DNA of 64,000 nucleotides, taken from assembly GCA_012295275.1 (NCBI GenBank), contig CM022674.1:11904001-11968000 (forward strand), written 5' to 3'. The position numbers and the translations under genes were made by a program. Shown here one piece after another: positions 1 to 13,159 of this stretch (position 1 is its first letter; each line of letters starts with the position of its first letter). This DNA is from Chrysomallon squamiferum (Eukaryota; Animalia; Mollusca). Below the pieces are notes generated by a model, which was given only the letters and a program-made list of their open reading frames with translations, was not told the origin of the DNA and searched no databases.

Positions 1-224
1 GAACTATTTTGTCAGAATGAAATCAATACGCAGGGAATTTTAAATAAAATTGTTAATTTCATTTAATTTTTATATTATTTAGGATTGCGGGACAAAATAA
101 ATAACTGGTTACTCCATATATTTGCATGTGTATATATGTTTGTGTGTGTGCGGTATATACATGTATATATTATATATACATACATACATATATATATGTA
201 TGTTATGTATATATATAATTTCAG

Positions 225-628
225 TTACTAGTGTATACTCGTGCAATTTGGATCTTGTGACGTCACAAACTGTAGTGCATCTAGGTCACTTCGACAGCAC
301 GGTTATCACTTGTAAGCTTGTCTGTCCTGACGATGACGTCACTGATCTTCGTTGGTATGACAACAGGAATTTCCCAATAAGCTATGCACCATTAAGGTCC
401 GTTTGTTTAGAAGATTATAACTGTTGTTACATGACATTTACAACAATTAAAATGCGATTTCTGTTTGGTGCCACTATATTAACAAAACTACTACTATAGT
501 AGTGTAATAGTAACAGTATTTAGAGTAGTAGTATTAGTAATTGACACAGTAGTTGTAATTGTAATAATAAAATAATACATTGCTGAAATAATGATGAAAT
601 CTCTTTTGATATTTTGATGATGATGATG

Positions 629-661
<33 letters not shown>

Positions 662-3075
662 TAAAATTTATTTCATATACATTTTATTATTAGATATATT
701 ATTCATATTTTATTTATTTTAATAATATTTTTCTAAATATTTATTTTAGAGTATTTGCCACATTTTACAAGGAATCTATTGAAAGCAGACTTTTCTTAAG
801 AGATGTGAAAGCAGACGACAATGGAACGTACACCTGTGTGGCAAAAACAAACAAACAGACGATTACAAAGTCAGTTGATGTTTTTATTACAAGTAAGTTT
901 TCACATTCTTCTCCTGTCTTCCTGTTTATTTTGTTGCTGATGTTCTTCATTTATTATTATATGTTGAAGGAGAAACCCATCATAAAATATAATAAGAAAA
1001 TAAAGAAAAATAATATAAAGTAAAAAAAAATAATAATCAATAAAAATAAATACAAAATAAAAGTTACTATTACTATTATTATTATTGTTGTTGTTGGCGT
1101 TGTTGTTGTTATTATATTGTTATTGTTATTATTATTATTATTATTATTGTTGTTGTTGTTATTATTATTTATTCCACTTATTATTAGATTATTATTATTT
1201 TTTAATTATATTTTGTTAGTAACATATATATATATAGATATATAGATATACATATATTTCAGATACGGTAAGTCAGTATGTAGGCGAACTGATTCACGAC
1301 AGAGAACGAAGAGCAAACAGAAATTCGACAAAAATAAGAGTAAAAAATAACAAGAAAAACACTGTGGGTAAAAGGACGAAGAAGAAACAAAGAAACAAAG
1401 AAAGAAAGAACAAAAATAAAAATAAAGGGAAAAAAAATACACCTAAAAAAATGAGACCAGTCCAGAACCCTGATCTAAGCAAAACAACTACGAAACCAGC
1501 ACCAATCAGATCAACAAGAAAACCTTTCACAAGAAAACGAACAACAACGTCCGATGTAAAAACAACGTCAGTGACGTCTACCGTGCACCATTCAACACAC
1601 GATTCTGATGCAGTGAGAAATGATTTAGTTACATCAAGCCACTGGGACACTGCATCGTCTGATACACCATCTAAAACTAGCAACGACATCACACCCTCCA
1701 CTGACGACGTTAAAGAAGTAACTACTTCGTCATCATTCATCGGTGGCGAATCTACGTCACAGGAATACATGACAAGTGGTGAAATGAATCTGGATTTAAC
1801 AACAAAATATAAAGACACAAGCATTTCACACTTAAGCAGTAAAGCGACAACAAGAACTATCTTTTGGTATTCTACAAGGACTATGGAACGTGTTAGTACA
1901 TCTACCGCGACGTCAAAGACTACTTCTGCAAAACCTGATGCGACAGTACAAGAAGATTCGGTTTTGACCATGTCAGGAATGTTGTCCCTTTTAGCGCCTC
2001 TGATTGTCGCTGTCGTGCTGCTGTTTGCCGTCGTTGTGGTCGCTGCTCTGCGATGTTACTACAGAAACAGAGGAGAGAAACGTGACAAGAAGAAGGGTGG
2101 ATCTGTAGCCACTAAAACTGGTGACAAGGAAAGTACAGCAGTAAATACTGAATCACCGGGTGACAAGGAAAGTACAGTAGTAAATACTGAATCACCGGGT
2201 GACAAGGAAAGTACAGCAGTAAATACTGAATCACCGGGTGACAAGGAAAGTACAGTAGTAAATATTGAATCACCGGGTGACAAGGAAAGTACAGCAGTAA
2301 ATATTGAATCACCGGGTGACAAGGAAAGTGCAGCAGAACTGGTCAACTCAGCCGGGGCTGCAGTTTCCTCTGAAAGCTCGGACAAGAAAACCTCATCAGA
2401 AAACGAGACTGTTCAGCAAGTCTCGGCAAATCCAGCAAAAACAGACGAGAAAGAAAAGTGAGTTTGTTTCGCTTAAAAAACTTGCGTAAATTATAAAACA
2501 TTACTAAAACTAATCGTACGCGTTCATCTTTGAAATCGTCGATGATTTCTTTGTTTTTTCGTTTTTTTTTCAAAATTAAGTTTGATTATTTCAGAAATTC
2601 GGCTGCTGCTGGTCTGGATTTGTCGACGGTGGTCGCAGAGAAACCAGCTGAAGACACGTCTGCACCGACACAAGAAACCACTCCCGAAGCAAATAAAACC
2701 TTTTCCACAAAGAAGACAGACGAAAAAGAAATGTAAACATTTCATATTGTTTCTTTGTTTTTTCATATTCTTTATTTTAAATATCTCATTTTGGTGTGTA
2801 TGTATGTGTGACTTCCGTCTGTATTTCTTTACTGGTCTCTCGTTAGTTGACTTAGGTTCTTTTCAGTAATACGTCTGTAGCATGTACATAAACTAAATAC
2901 AGCTACATATAGGTATATAAGTGACGCTTTATGGAAAATAAAATCAAATAACAGCCATAACAACAAATAACTAAATAAAATAAAGTAAAAATATAAATAA
3001 ATAAGTAAATACATAAATATATAAACAAATTAAATAAATAAATAAATAAGTGAAAGAGAAACGAACTCAGGAATA

Positions 3076-3127
<52 letters not shown>

Positions 3128-4542
3128 TAAAATAAAAAACAACAAACAAACTAACTAAATAATGATTTTGATAATCACGATAAATAAATAAATAAATAAA
3201 TCATAATTAAGAAAATAATAACAAAATAAAACAAAAAGAAAACATTCGGAGCTTTTTTGGATTGTAATCGTTGATTCTTTACGTTTGTGACAATGGTGTT
3301 ATTTCAGGGAGGCTGGTACACCGGATACCACTAAAGCTGAAAGTTCCCAGCAGGACGCAGCTACAACATCGAAAGATGATGAGAAAAAGAAAGATAAACC
3401 TAAAAAGTAAGCCAGTTTTTAGGCAGGTTTTTTTTTTTTTTTTTTGTTTTGTTTGTCGTGCTCTTTTGATGATTTCTTTTTCTGTTTTATCAACACGTTT
3501 ATTATTATATTTGTTGTTTTTCCTATCTATAAGCTAAATTAGTAAGTCTTTCTATTACTACTGTTATTATTGGTTTTATAAATTAATTTATTTATTTGAC
3601 ATACTAAAGAAAAAGGTTAAAGCAAGATAAAATAACATTTAGCATAATTGTTTGGGGCGGGGATTTAGAGGAGAATAACTGGTTAATTTAATTAACTCAC
3701 CATACAACAGAAATAATACATTCAATGTATGAGTCCTGATTTGATCACTTAACATTTTGTTGATTTAATTATTCAGGAAGTCAACATCGTTCATTAAATC
3801 GCTGTTCGGTGGAAAGAAAGATAAATACAAAGTAACAAGTGAGAAAGACAAAAAGAAAGATATTGACACAAAAACTCAGCCTGAGGGAGGCTCGACAACT
3901 GAAGCATTCGCAGAGAACGATAAAAAGAGCAAATCGGAAGAAACGACGACTACCGATGACCCAAAAGCTAAAGCAGACGATGAAAAGAAAAAGGCGGTTT
4001 CTGACGAAGGAAAACGAATTGACGAAACAGCAGACGAAGCTAAGAAAACAAGCGAATCAACTAGTGATCAGAAAACCGAAGCTCCACAAAATGGCGACAA
4101 AATAAAAGTCGACGTGGAAGAATCCTGTCAATCATCTGGTGACGTCACTGAAGTTAAAAAAGAAGCGAAAAAGAGTGATGATCAAGTAGCGGCCGAAACA
4201 GGAGCAAAAAATGAAGGAAGCGAACTGCAGTTAAGTTTTCAAGATCAGCTGAATGAATTTTTCAACCAAACAAAGATTTTAGAAGAAACTGGTACAGAAC
4301 CAATTTCTGGAGCACAGACAGACGATTCAACTGAACAACAGACGACATCACTGGTCCCGCCACCACCACCCACGCCATTGGAAGCAGGCGATATTTCCAA
4401 ATCAGCAGATTTAGCGGGAAACCTAGAACAGCCGACTGGAAAGCCAGTTGACGACGTCATCAACACTGACAACTTGCCACTGCCAGACGCGAATGTCGAC
4501 CTAGGAGAAACAACTAATGAGAATTTGCCTGACGAAATGTAA
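225..4542 (+). CDS. Ig-domain, mucin-stalk type I membrane protein (5' end and signal-peptide exon not identified, probably upstream of window); exons 225-396, 750-892, 1263-2457, 2595-2732, 3308-3406, 3777-4542; at least ~837 aa
   Basis: All introns are GT-AG with compatible phases (1,2,1,2,2,2) and the frame stays open to TAA at 4540-4542. Ig motifs ITCKL..LRWY and LFLRDVKADDNGTYTCVA span the first two exons. These are followed by a K/R-rich segment, an S/T-rich stalk, hydrophobic LLAPLIVAVVLLFAVVVVAAL then RCYYRNR, and a long acidic low-complexity tail. Confidence 0.85.
2120..2336 (+). repeat. Coding 39-bp minisatellite, ~5.5 copies (GDKEST[A/V]VN[T/I]ESP)
   Basis: Units start at 2120, 2159, 2198, 2237, 2276 and 2315; they are near identical and in frame. 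Confidence 0.95.
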
Positions 4543-5604
4543 AGAAAATGACGGACAAAGAAAAATAATAAATTAATTAATTAAATTAAATTTTAAAAAT
4601 TGCAAATATATTCCTATCAGGCTGTTTATTTTCATTGCTTTTATCTTTTTCAAATATTAATACTCCTTTATACTTTGTCGAGTTTAAGAAAACAAATATT
4701 TTATAGACTCCTGGGGAAAAAGTGCAGAATTATCAATAGCCTGCAACTTTAATTATTTTGATATATACATAGATATATACGTTGGCATTATGTTATAAAT
4801 AAAATACATCTTTCACTTCCGTATTATAGTCAAAATGGTTACCTTTCTAGTGCAGCAATGCATAATAACAGTATCTAAAAAAAATTGTTATTGCTTTTTA
4901 AATTTTATTTTATAAACATAAAATAATTATGATCGAATGACTAATCTTAATTTTAAAAAGTTATTTATGATCTTAATTTTTTCTGCTCAGTATAATTTAT
5001 TCTAGGACTATATAAGCATCAGCTTATTACAACTGTTATTTTATTATTGTTTTTAAATGTGTATCTTTACATTCATTTTTTATATTTTATTATTTACCTA
5101 TTAGTATTATTACTTACTTTTAATTTGAATAAAATTTTCAAACTGAATTATTTCGCGCTTGTGGTTTGTTTATAAAAAAAATTCTATATTCAGTTATCTA
5201 ACCTTTTATTTTTCTAAATGTTGTTCTCATAGCATCTGATCATCTGGTTTTGGGAATTGGCTGGAATGGGTAAAAAACCCAGAAAAAAATCAACTAAGCA
5301 ACAGACTTAGCCACCAAGTCATAACTGTAAACAAAGTTGATATTTTATGTTATTAAGTTGTTAACAAATTTATATATTTAACAAAGCTAAGAAAAAAACT
5401 TAAATACAAAATAATGTTGAATAATTACAAAAAAAAAAAAAAACTAACTTCTGTGCTCTTTAAAAATATTAAATGAGATCGTCTTCCTCTTTGAAAATAG
5501 ACATTAATTTTTCAAAAAATATTTTTTCCTAATTAGAGGGAATGCAGGGCTAGCAAAGGTTAGAGATTAAGTGAATGGGTTCACAGACAAAGAATGCCAT
5601 GGAG

Positions 5605-5636
<32 letters not shown>

Positions 5637-5978
5637 TTCATTTTGTTTTTCTCAAACCTACATTGTTTGCTACTTATATTACTTTACTGATATTAATTAA
5701 CCTTATGCTTCACTTAATAAACAATAACTAGTCAGATTTCTGTTTAATTAGAAGTAAAATATTTTTAAATATTCCATATGCAATTTATAATAATTTTAAT
5801 AGAGAAATCATGAGTAAAGGACTCCCTGATGATAATTTTATGTTATACGCTGAAGCTGAGTTGATTAAAATGTCCACGTTCATCAAAACAATCACATTAA
5901 GCAGATTTAACAAAACTGAAAGTATTTAAAATAAATAAATAACTGCATGATAATCAAGATATTTTATTGATAATTATT

Positions 5979-8056
5979 TTACTTTTCTGTATTAGATGTC
6001 AATTTTTCACTGTTATCCATTAAATGTTCATTATCTGCAGTTTCATTCTTATCACAAACCTCTTTCTCAGTCTTATCTGCCTCGACAGACACACCCTCAT
6101 TTTTAGACTGTTCTTTAAATTCGTCATTTGATTTGGAAGAGAAAATATCGACATCATTTTTTAGTGCTTTTTCATCAGTCTTCAACTGCTCAGTCTGCGG
6201 TGACCTTTTTACCTCACAAGACTCACTTTTCTCTGTTTCTGTATCGTTTGATTTTGAACAGACTGAGTCACCATCTTCCTTTGGTTGAAGCGTTTTCTCT
6301 GTCTTCGGCTCTGTTTTTGTCTCGCCTGATGTATCTTTTACAACTTCGTGTAAATTGTATTTTCTGAATTTGTAGAAATCTCTGATGACGCTCATACAGC
6401 AAACACTGCAGACAACTTCCACCAGGACAGCGAGGTCTGGGTTATCCAGGTGGACTTTGTGAAGAGGGTTCATTTCTGTAATGAGCTGTCCGATCATTGG
6501 CAGGACAACCTGCCTACTTACTGTGTTGTTATTTCTCACCTTGAAAATAATAGCAAATGTTTTGGTGACTCCTACAGGAGTGGAGAAGAAAGGAGACAAA
6601 AGTTTCTCTGCTAGTTTTTTCATATCTTCTACATAAGCCTTACATGTACCAGCTATTGGTAACAAACGTATAGCAAATCTTGTTTTCTGTGTTTTACTAC
6701 AAGACAAATCTGTGAATATGTTGTGTGCAAGTTCCACAGGGTCATCTAAACTGGTGCTGATGAATATACAGTTCTTGGCGTTAGTGAAACAATTCTGAAA
6801 TCTTCTTGGTCTTGTTTGCGACTCCTGAATGACCTTGACCTCTTTCTTCATGGCTTTCTCCATATCTTCATCATCTGAACTGTTTTCTGATTGGTCATTA
6901 GAATTCAGTTTGCTTAGTTCATTCTGAAACAGTCATGGTTAATAATATTCAAATAATATAATTTGTTGTTAGCATTTCAGTTTAATTCATATTAAATAAA
7001 AGTTTTGATGCCCCATTACATGGGAAAGCATATAAATTACAAATTTATTGTCTACAGTCTAATTATTTAATGATCTAGAAAATGCATATTCAATTTTCTA
7101 TTGAGAAAAACAATATCCCTAAATGTATCCAACTAGCTCCCTCACACACCACTCTTTATACTGCTTTATAAAATTTGGAAGTTTTTAATCTATTTTTATT
7201 ATTTAATTTTGTATATAAATTATTTTCATAACTCAGTCTGACACCTAACAGTTCATCTATTTTTTACACTGGTGTGTTGTTAAATATTCATTCATTCCCT
7301 CATACTCTCTCTTTTTTACACTCAGACTGTTTCAGCTCTTTCTCATCTCTCTCTCATACCCATCCACTTTACTCTCCACTTTATGTCTCACTTTCTATCC
7401 CCTCACAAATACACCTTATTTAAAAAACAAATCTGATTTTGTTCCAATCCATACAAAGTATTAGCACAATGTTTTTTTCTCATTTGCTTAACAATTTGAA
7501 AAATAACATAACATTTACATTAATATTATAAAAGTCATTCCTAATCTTGTTTTAATCCTTTATAATAACTGCTTACAAAGTATGGCTCTCTTGTTTTCAA
7601 ATCTTTTATATTTTTCCTTACACATTTTCCGTTTAATAAATCTGATAGTGTTCACACATATTTTTATCATTGCTGATTTATCTGCTGTTCATTAGACAAT
7701 GACATATTAAACCTAGATTGTATTTCTTAAATATAAATAAATATTTTTAAAAATAATAAGGTAAATAAATTAAAAAATATAAATATAATAACTAACTAAC
7801 TAAATAAATAAAAATAGAAAAACACCAAACTAAATTAAAAAACCTGATCTAGCTCCAGTCCATACAGGTTATCAGCGTATTCATTTAAAATGTTGTATGT
7901 TTCTTTCACAGCCTGTTTCTCGTCTCTGTTACAGGTTACCAGAAATCCTCTCATTCCAGCCTCCAATTTGTTCAGCTTTTGTTTTTTCTGCTGTGATGAT
8001 TTTAGGTAATAAGATTTGTTTCTTTTCTTGCCTTGCTTCTTGTTTTGTTTGTCCAT
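5979..8056 (-). CDS. THUMPD1: THUMP domain-containing protein 1 (Tan1 homolog, adaptor for NAT10 tRNA ac4C12 acetylation); exons 8056-7844 and 6923-5979; ~385 aa
   Basis: Hallmark motifs GMRGFLVTCNRDEKQAVKETYNILNEYADNLYG, RRFQ..NCIFI, KTRFAIRLLPIAGTCKA, FKVRNN, HKVHLDNPDLAVLVEVV and FRKYNL. Phase-0 GT-AG intron 7843-6924 joins the two ORFs in frame. Confidence 0.95.
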
Positions 8057-8510
8057 TGTAAGGGTTATACGATATTGGTTTACTATTCGATAATCTAGAA
8101 GGAGAAGAAGATTAATGTATCATTGCATGTATGTATAAATGAAATGAAATTATTAAATAGAAAGAAAGAATAAATAATATTATTAATAATAATAAATTCA
8201 AATTACTACGGTTATATTATCGTAAATGGCAGAGTAAAAATAAAATAGCAAAATATACAGTACGACAGGTCGATGCTATCACTATCAGTATCAATACTGA
8301 ATACACTATGACTAAGTATCCTTTTTTTTTTATTTTTTTTTATCAAATATAGTATCATTTCCTGTTCAACTGCACGCGACAATCATTTAACATTTTGCAT
8401 AACAAAACTAAATCAATATTCGAATTGTTCAGCAGTCCAAGGATCAATCTCACCTCCACTAAAATTAAAGTTAGATTAATGAACATACAAGTAACTGAAA
8501 GAATCCTCAC

Positions 8511-8600
8511 CTATTAACTATCAACAGGAAGCACGTTGTTTTTGTTGAATGTTCTTTACGGAAATAGGAAATATCGCCTTCTTCGGTAAATTCCTCCTAT
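8511..8600 (-). promoter_or_regulatory. Probable non-coding first exon and promoter of THUMPD1
   Basis: Minus-strand donor AG|GTGAGG at 8511/8510 and acceptor tctccttctag before 8094, upstream of the ATG; local CpG enrichment. The TSS is not determinable. Confidence 0.5.
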
Positions 8601-8975
8601 TGAAGGAGAGCATTGAAATATCGATTGCTGCGTTATTTTTATTATTTAATTATTTTGAATGTCTTATCAAATGCTGTTTATACGGTGGTGCATATAATGT
8701 ATCACTTGCTGCTAAAAAGTAAGAGTAACATATGAAATGGTATCAGTGGTTTCCATTATCATAAATTTTATTTCTTTTTTGATGTGACTGACACTAAATC
8801 TACAATAAAATTTGCTGAAGTTTTATTATACTTCATTCTCTTTCCTTTCAGTTTTCTTTCCCAAGATAAATTTTCTCTCTCTCTCTCTCTAATAATAATA
8901 ACACTGGGATTTAAGCTTCTATTTATCAGTGAAATCAACAGTAGGGTATTAAGAGAATAAGAACAAGAACAAATA

Positions 8976-9043
<68 letters not shown>

Positions 9044-9961
9044 GATAATGATGATGATGATATAAAAAGAAAGAAAGAAAAAACAACACATTTAAGTCAA
9101 CAAAAACAATTTATAGGACTGTATACACTTCTAGTAAACAGTATTATTTTCAATATTCACTTTGTTCATGGAAGACATACAAATTCCCAGTGTAACAATA
9201 ATTTATACAGCTATTAATGTATTCGCACACCACTGTTATGAAGATATGTCAGCTGCATAATACAATTATTAGTAGATGTAGCATTGTTAATAATTTAGCT
9301 TAATTACAGTATGGTAGTAATTATAGGAATGATATCTTATGATATTTTTGATACAGTGTAATTCTATATTGGAGTAATTATGAATGGAATATTTTATTTT
9401 TACATCAAAAAGTAAATAAATAAATAAATAAAAAATAAAACAAATTAAATTGAATTAAAAAATGAAATAAAATAAAATAAAATAAAATACATAAATAATT
9501 TTCTATATTTGATTTAGCATGATCCTGAGCAAATGGTTAATGCAGAAAATAATAATAGTACACAAGAAAAGGTTGTACTACATAAATTTTACTTTAGATC
9601 TGTTCACAAATCCCAGTTAGAATCTTAAATGAATGACTTAGTCACTTCAGTTACTGGCCTGTTGTGTCTGTGTCTAGCCCTTGATTTTTTATACCCATAT
9701 ACAAATAAATGCTTAATGTTTAAATACCCTAGCACAGTTATAAGGGAGGGGAAAATGTTGTATATTTATTTCCTGTACACGTTTTGTCACCTCCCATAAA
9801 TAAATTTTCTCCTGTTAATTAATTTAAAGCTTGAAAACCACAGTTCTTCTTGTTTTCTAAATTATCCACTATTGCAGACTTTGTGGAGAAAGAGTTTGAC
9901 TAGAACACTCTGCAGGCTTGTGGTAATCTGGGACAGGTGTGTGTAAGTAAAACTACATGGT

Positions 9962-12909
9962 TCACTGATTTGGCAGTAAAATACTGACAGGTTCTAACTT
10001 GGCCTTCGCTTTGCTCTGTAACTCGGATATAATGGAGGAAATGTTGGCGTCTGCCTCATTAGGTTCTATGACTTCCTGAAACTGCAGCTGCATCTTTGCT
10101 GCCGTTTCCACATCCACTTCAATCTGAGGTCCAGTCGCGTCCTGGCACTCGTCTACGGGGTCGGCCTCTCTGTGCTCCATGGCTATGTGCTCCTCGGCAG
10201 AGTTGACGCTGTCAAACATAGCATTACAAACACTACACAGATAGATTCCCGTAGCTGCTGAATTGTCAGCATCGGCCATTTGTGCTGCTGCCTCAAGTGA
10301 ATTAAGGTCAACGATGCTACGCTGGCCGTCACTCATTTCTACGACGATGGTGTCAACAAGCTGAGGGAATGTCTGCTGCTGTGTTACAGCCACTTCTACA
10401 GCTTCTTGCTTCACAGCCAGTGGCATTAACTGGGTAGTGGTTGGCAATTTGGGAGCTGGTTTTCGTTTTGGAGGATAAGAGTTCTCTCCCCTGCACTTGG
10501 GTCGATGTGTCTTGAGGGTGGCGCTGCATGAGAATGGCCTCTTACAGCTGTCACACATGAAGCGACTCTTGCCGGTGTGGATGACCATGTGATTTTTGAG
10601 GATCTGTTTAAACTTGAAGGATTTGTCACAGCAGCTGCACTTGAAAGGTCGTTCTGAGGTGTGCAGGTAGATCTTGTGTTTGTTCAGCATGCTCTTGAAG
10701 CTGAATCCCTTCCCGCAGACGTCACAGATGTGAGGTTTCTCTCCTGTGTGTTTGTTCATGTGATCCAGCAGCTTGTCCTGGGCCCAGTATCGCTTCTCGC
10801 AATACGTACACCTGAACTTGTAATTCCGCTCTGACATCACTTTGTGCGTCTCAATGTGCTCACGTAAAATGGCTGCCTTCTTAAAGCAGCGGCCACAGAT
10901 GTTGCACAGATGTTTCCTCTCGTTGGAGTGCCACTCCATGTGCGCAGCGAGGTACCGGTAATGGCTGAAGTCTTTGCCACAGATGTTACAAGGAACACTC
11001 TTGGATTTCAAGTGAACAGCTTGAATATGAGTTTTGAGATCGGTGGATTTGGAGAATGTTTTGTTGCAGATGTCACAGAACTTCCTGTCTTCTAGATGAC
11101 TCTTCTTGTGAATCTTCAGCTCCTGTGAGTCCTTTGCTTCAAAGTCACACTTTGCACAATACAGCTGGTTTTTGCTGTTCTTTGTGCTGATGTTGTGGTA
11201 GTAGCTGCGATGCCAGTTAAGTCCACGTCGTGTTTCTAACACGAAGCCACAGATATCACAAGGAAACTCCTGCCTGGCTTCAGGTCCGTGGTACTTCTGT
11301 ATGTGAAAACTCTTTTCTCTGGATTTCTGAAAAGTCACTTCACACACATCACAGCGAAGTGTGTCAAGCACTTGGTGCGCCTGAATCAGGTGATCAGTCA
11401 ACCCATCAAATGTTTCCGACACGTAGCCACAGCTAGAACAAGTGTTCTTGTTCTTCTCCCCAGGGAACTGATACACCTTGCCGTCACTCATGTCAAAGGG
11501 TCCATGTTTCATCACTAGATGATGAATGAGGTTCTGGTAACGACCAAATGACTTCTCACACACATCGCATCTGGCTGGACGGATGCTGTGCTGGCTGATG
11601 TAGTGGTCTGTCAGAGACTGAAATGTGTCTGCGACATATGCGCAGTCTAAACAAACAAGTGATTCAAAAGGTTGTGTTACAGGTTCTCCTGGACGTCTAC
11701 GTCTGCCTCGTCGCTTTATTGGCAGGCGAGCCCGAATTGCCTCGATTCTTCTCACATACTTCCTTTTAGGTTTGGTCTCACCATTTTCTCCATCATGTTT
11801 TGTTCCAGTGAACTTTACAACTGGCATGGAGGCTACATTAAAAGCTGTTGCTGTCAATCTCTTTGGCTTCCTCTCACTTTTGTCATCTGCAGGTAACTCA
11901 TCGTCATTCTCCATGTATCTTTCTGACTTGACCTTGAACTCAGGGTCTTTATCACTGTCATAGTCATCCATTGCTTCATCCTCTGACTGAATTTCTTCTT
12001 CTTCTTCTTCATCCTCTTCAGATGCAGTCTTCCTAGCTGATGCGTATGCTGGAGATCTGCCTCTGCCTCGTCCAGGTGGACGTCCTCTTCTGCGCTTCTC
12101 TACCCTGACTGGAACATCAACTTCTTTGTCAACACTTTGCCTTGCTGGTCGACCTCTCACTTTTCTTTTAGGTGACACAACAACATCGTCTTCAGCATCA
12201 CTGTCACTGTTTTCAATCTTAATCTCATCTTTTCTACGACCTGAATGAAGAAAGGAGAAGTCGACCTTTATGCCCCGCGTGGCGTAACGAGAAGGACTGT
12301 TTATTTCTACAGCAGCTGGGGAAGGCAGGCTGCTTTTTCTCTTTCTTCCTCTCTTTTTGGGCAGGGATTTCTCAACAGATGTGGAAGAATTTTCAACTTG
12401 AATAGTTTCGTTTTCGTTAGTTTGTCCTGTCTCTTCTTCTACTTCTTCACCTCCTTTGCCCGAGACAGATCTGCTCTCGTCAAATATTGGAGCTTGTCCT
12501 ATCTGCTCCATGGAGGTCTTCAGCGATGTCCCAGTCCTCAGCAGATGATCCTGCAGAGACAAGTCCTGTTGTCCTGACGAAATCGTCAATTCAGCAGTGG
12601 CTGCTTGTATCAGTGTATCAGCAAATGTGTTTTCTCCTGTTCTGACCACTGCATCAGAGCCAAAATTCACTGAGTCAAACCCTTCTCCTGGTACAGGCTT
12701 CCTAAGCATTTCTTCCACTGACAGAATTGCCTCAGACACACTTGCGAATGGTTTAGGTGCTGTGTTTTCTGTTGTTTGTTCTGGAATCACATCATTCATG
12801 ACTTTGTACACATTCTGAGCAGTAGTCACCGTGTTTGGATTTGGTTTGGTTGATTTGGCTGCCTCCAGATTTCCTGGGGTGACAACTAGTGGCTGTATGG
12901 TGATTGTTC
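9962..12909 (-). CDS. Terminal exon of the zinc-finger gene (AT-hook-like motifs plus C2H2 array)
   Basis: 955-aa ORF extended upstream in frame to acceptor ttttgcag at 12910; tandem CxxC-x12-HxxxH fingers. Confidence 0.95.
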
Positions 12910-13074
12910 CTGCAAAACGCCAACAGACATAAAATTAGACTGGTTGAGTTAAATACATCTATGCAAATAAAGATTTTCATTTGAAAAGAACAAGAGCAGA
13001 ACTTGCTATCTTAATATTTTAAAAATTTCAATAATAATTCATTAATAATAATACTACTTATAATAATACCAGTG

Positions 13075-13159
<85 letters not shown>

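Noticed and set aside
1294-2385. Antisense ORFs (225 aa, 108 aa, 66 aa) opposite the Ig gene
   Set aside because: Shadow frames of an S/T-rich exon and its 39-bp repeat.
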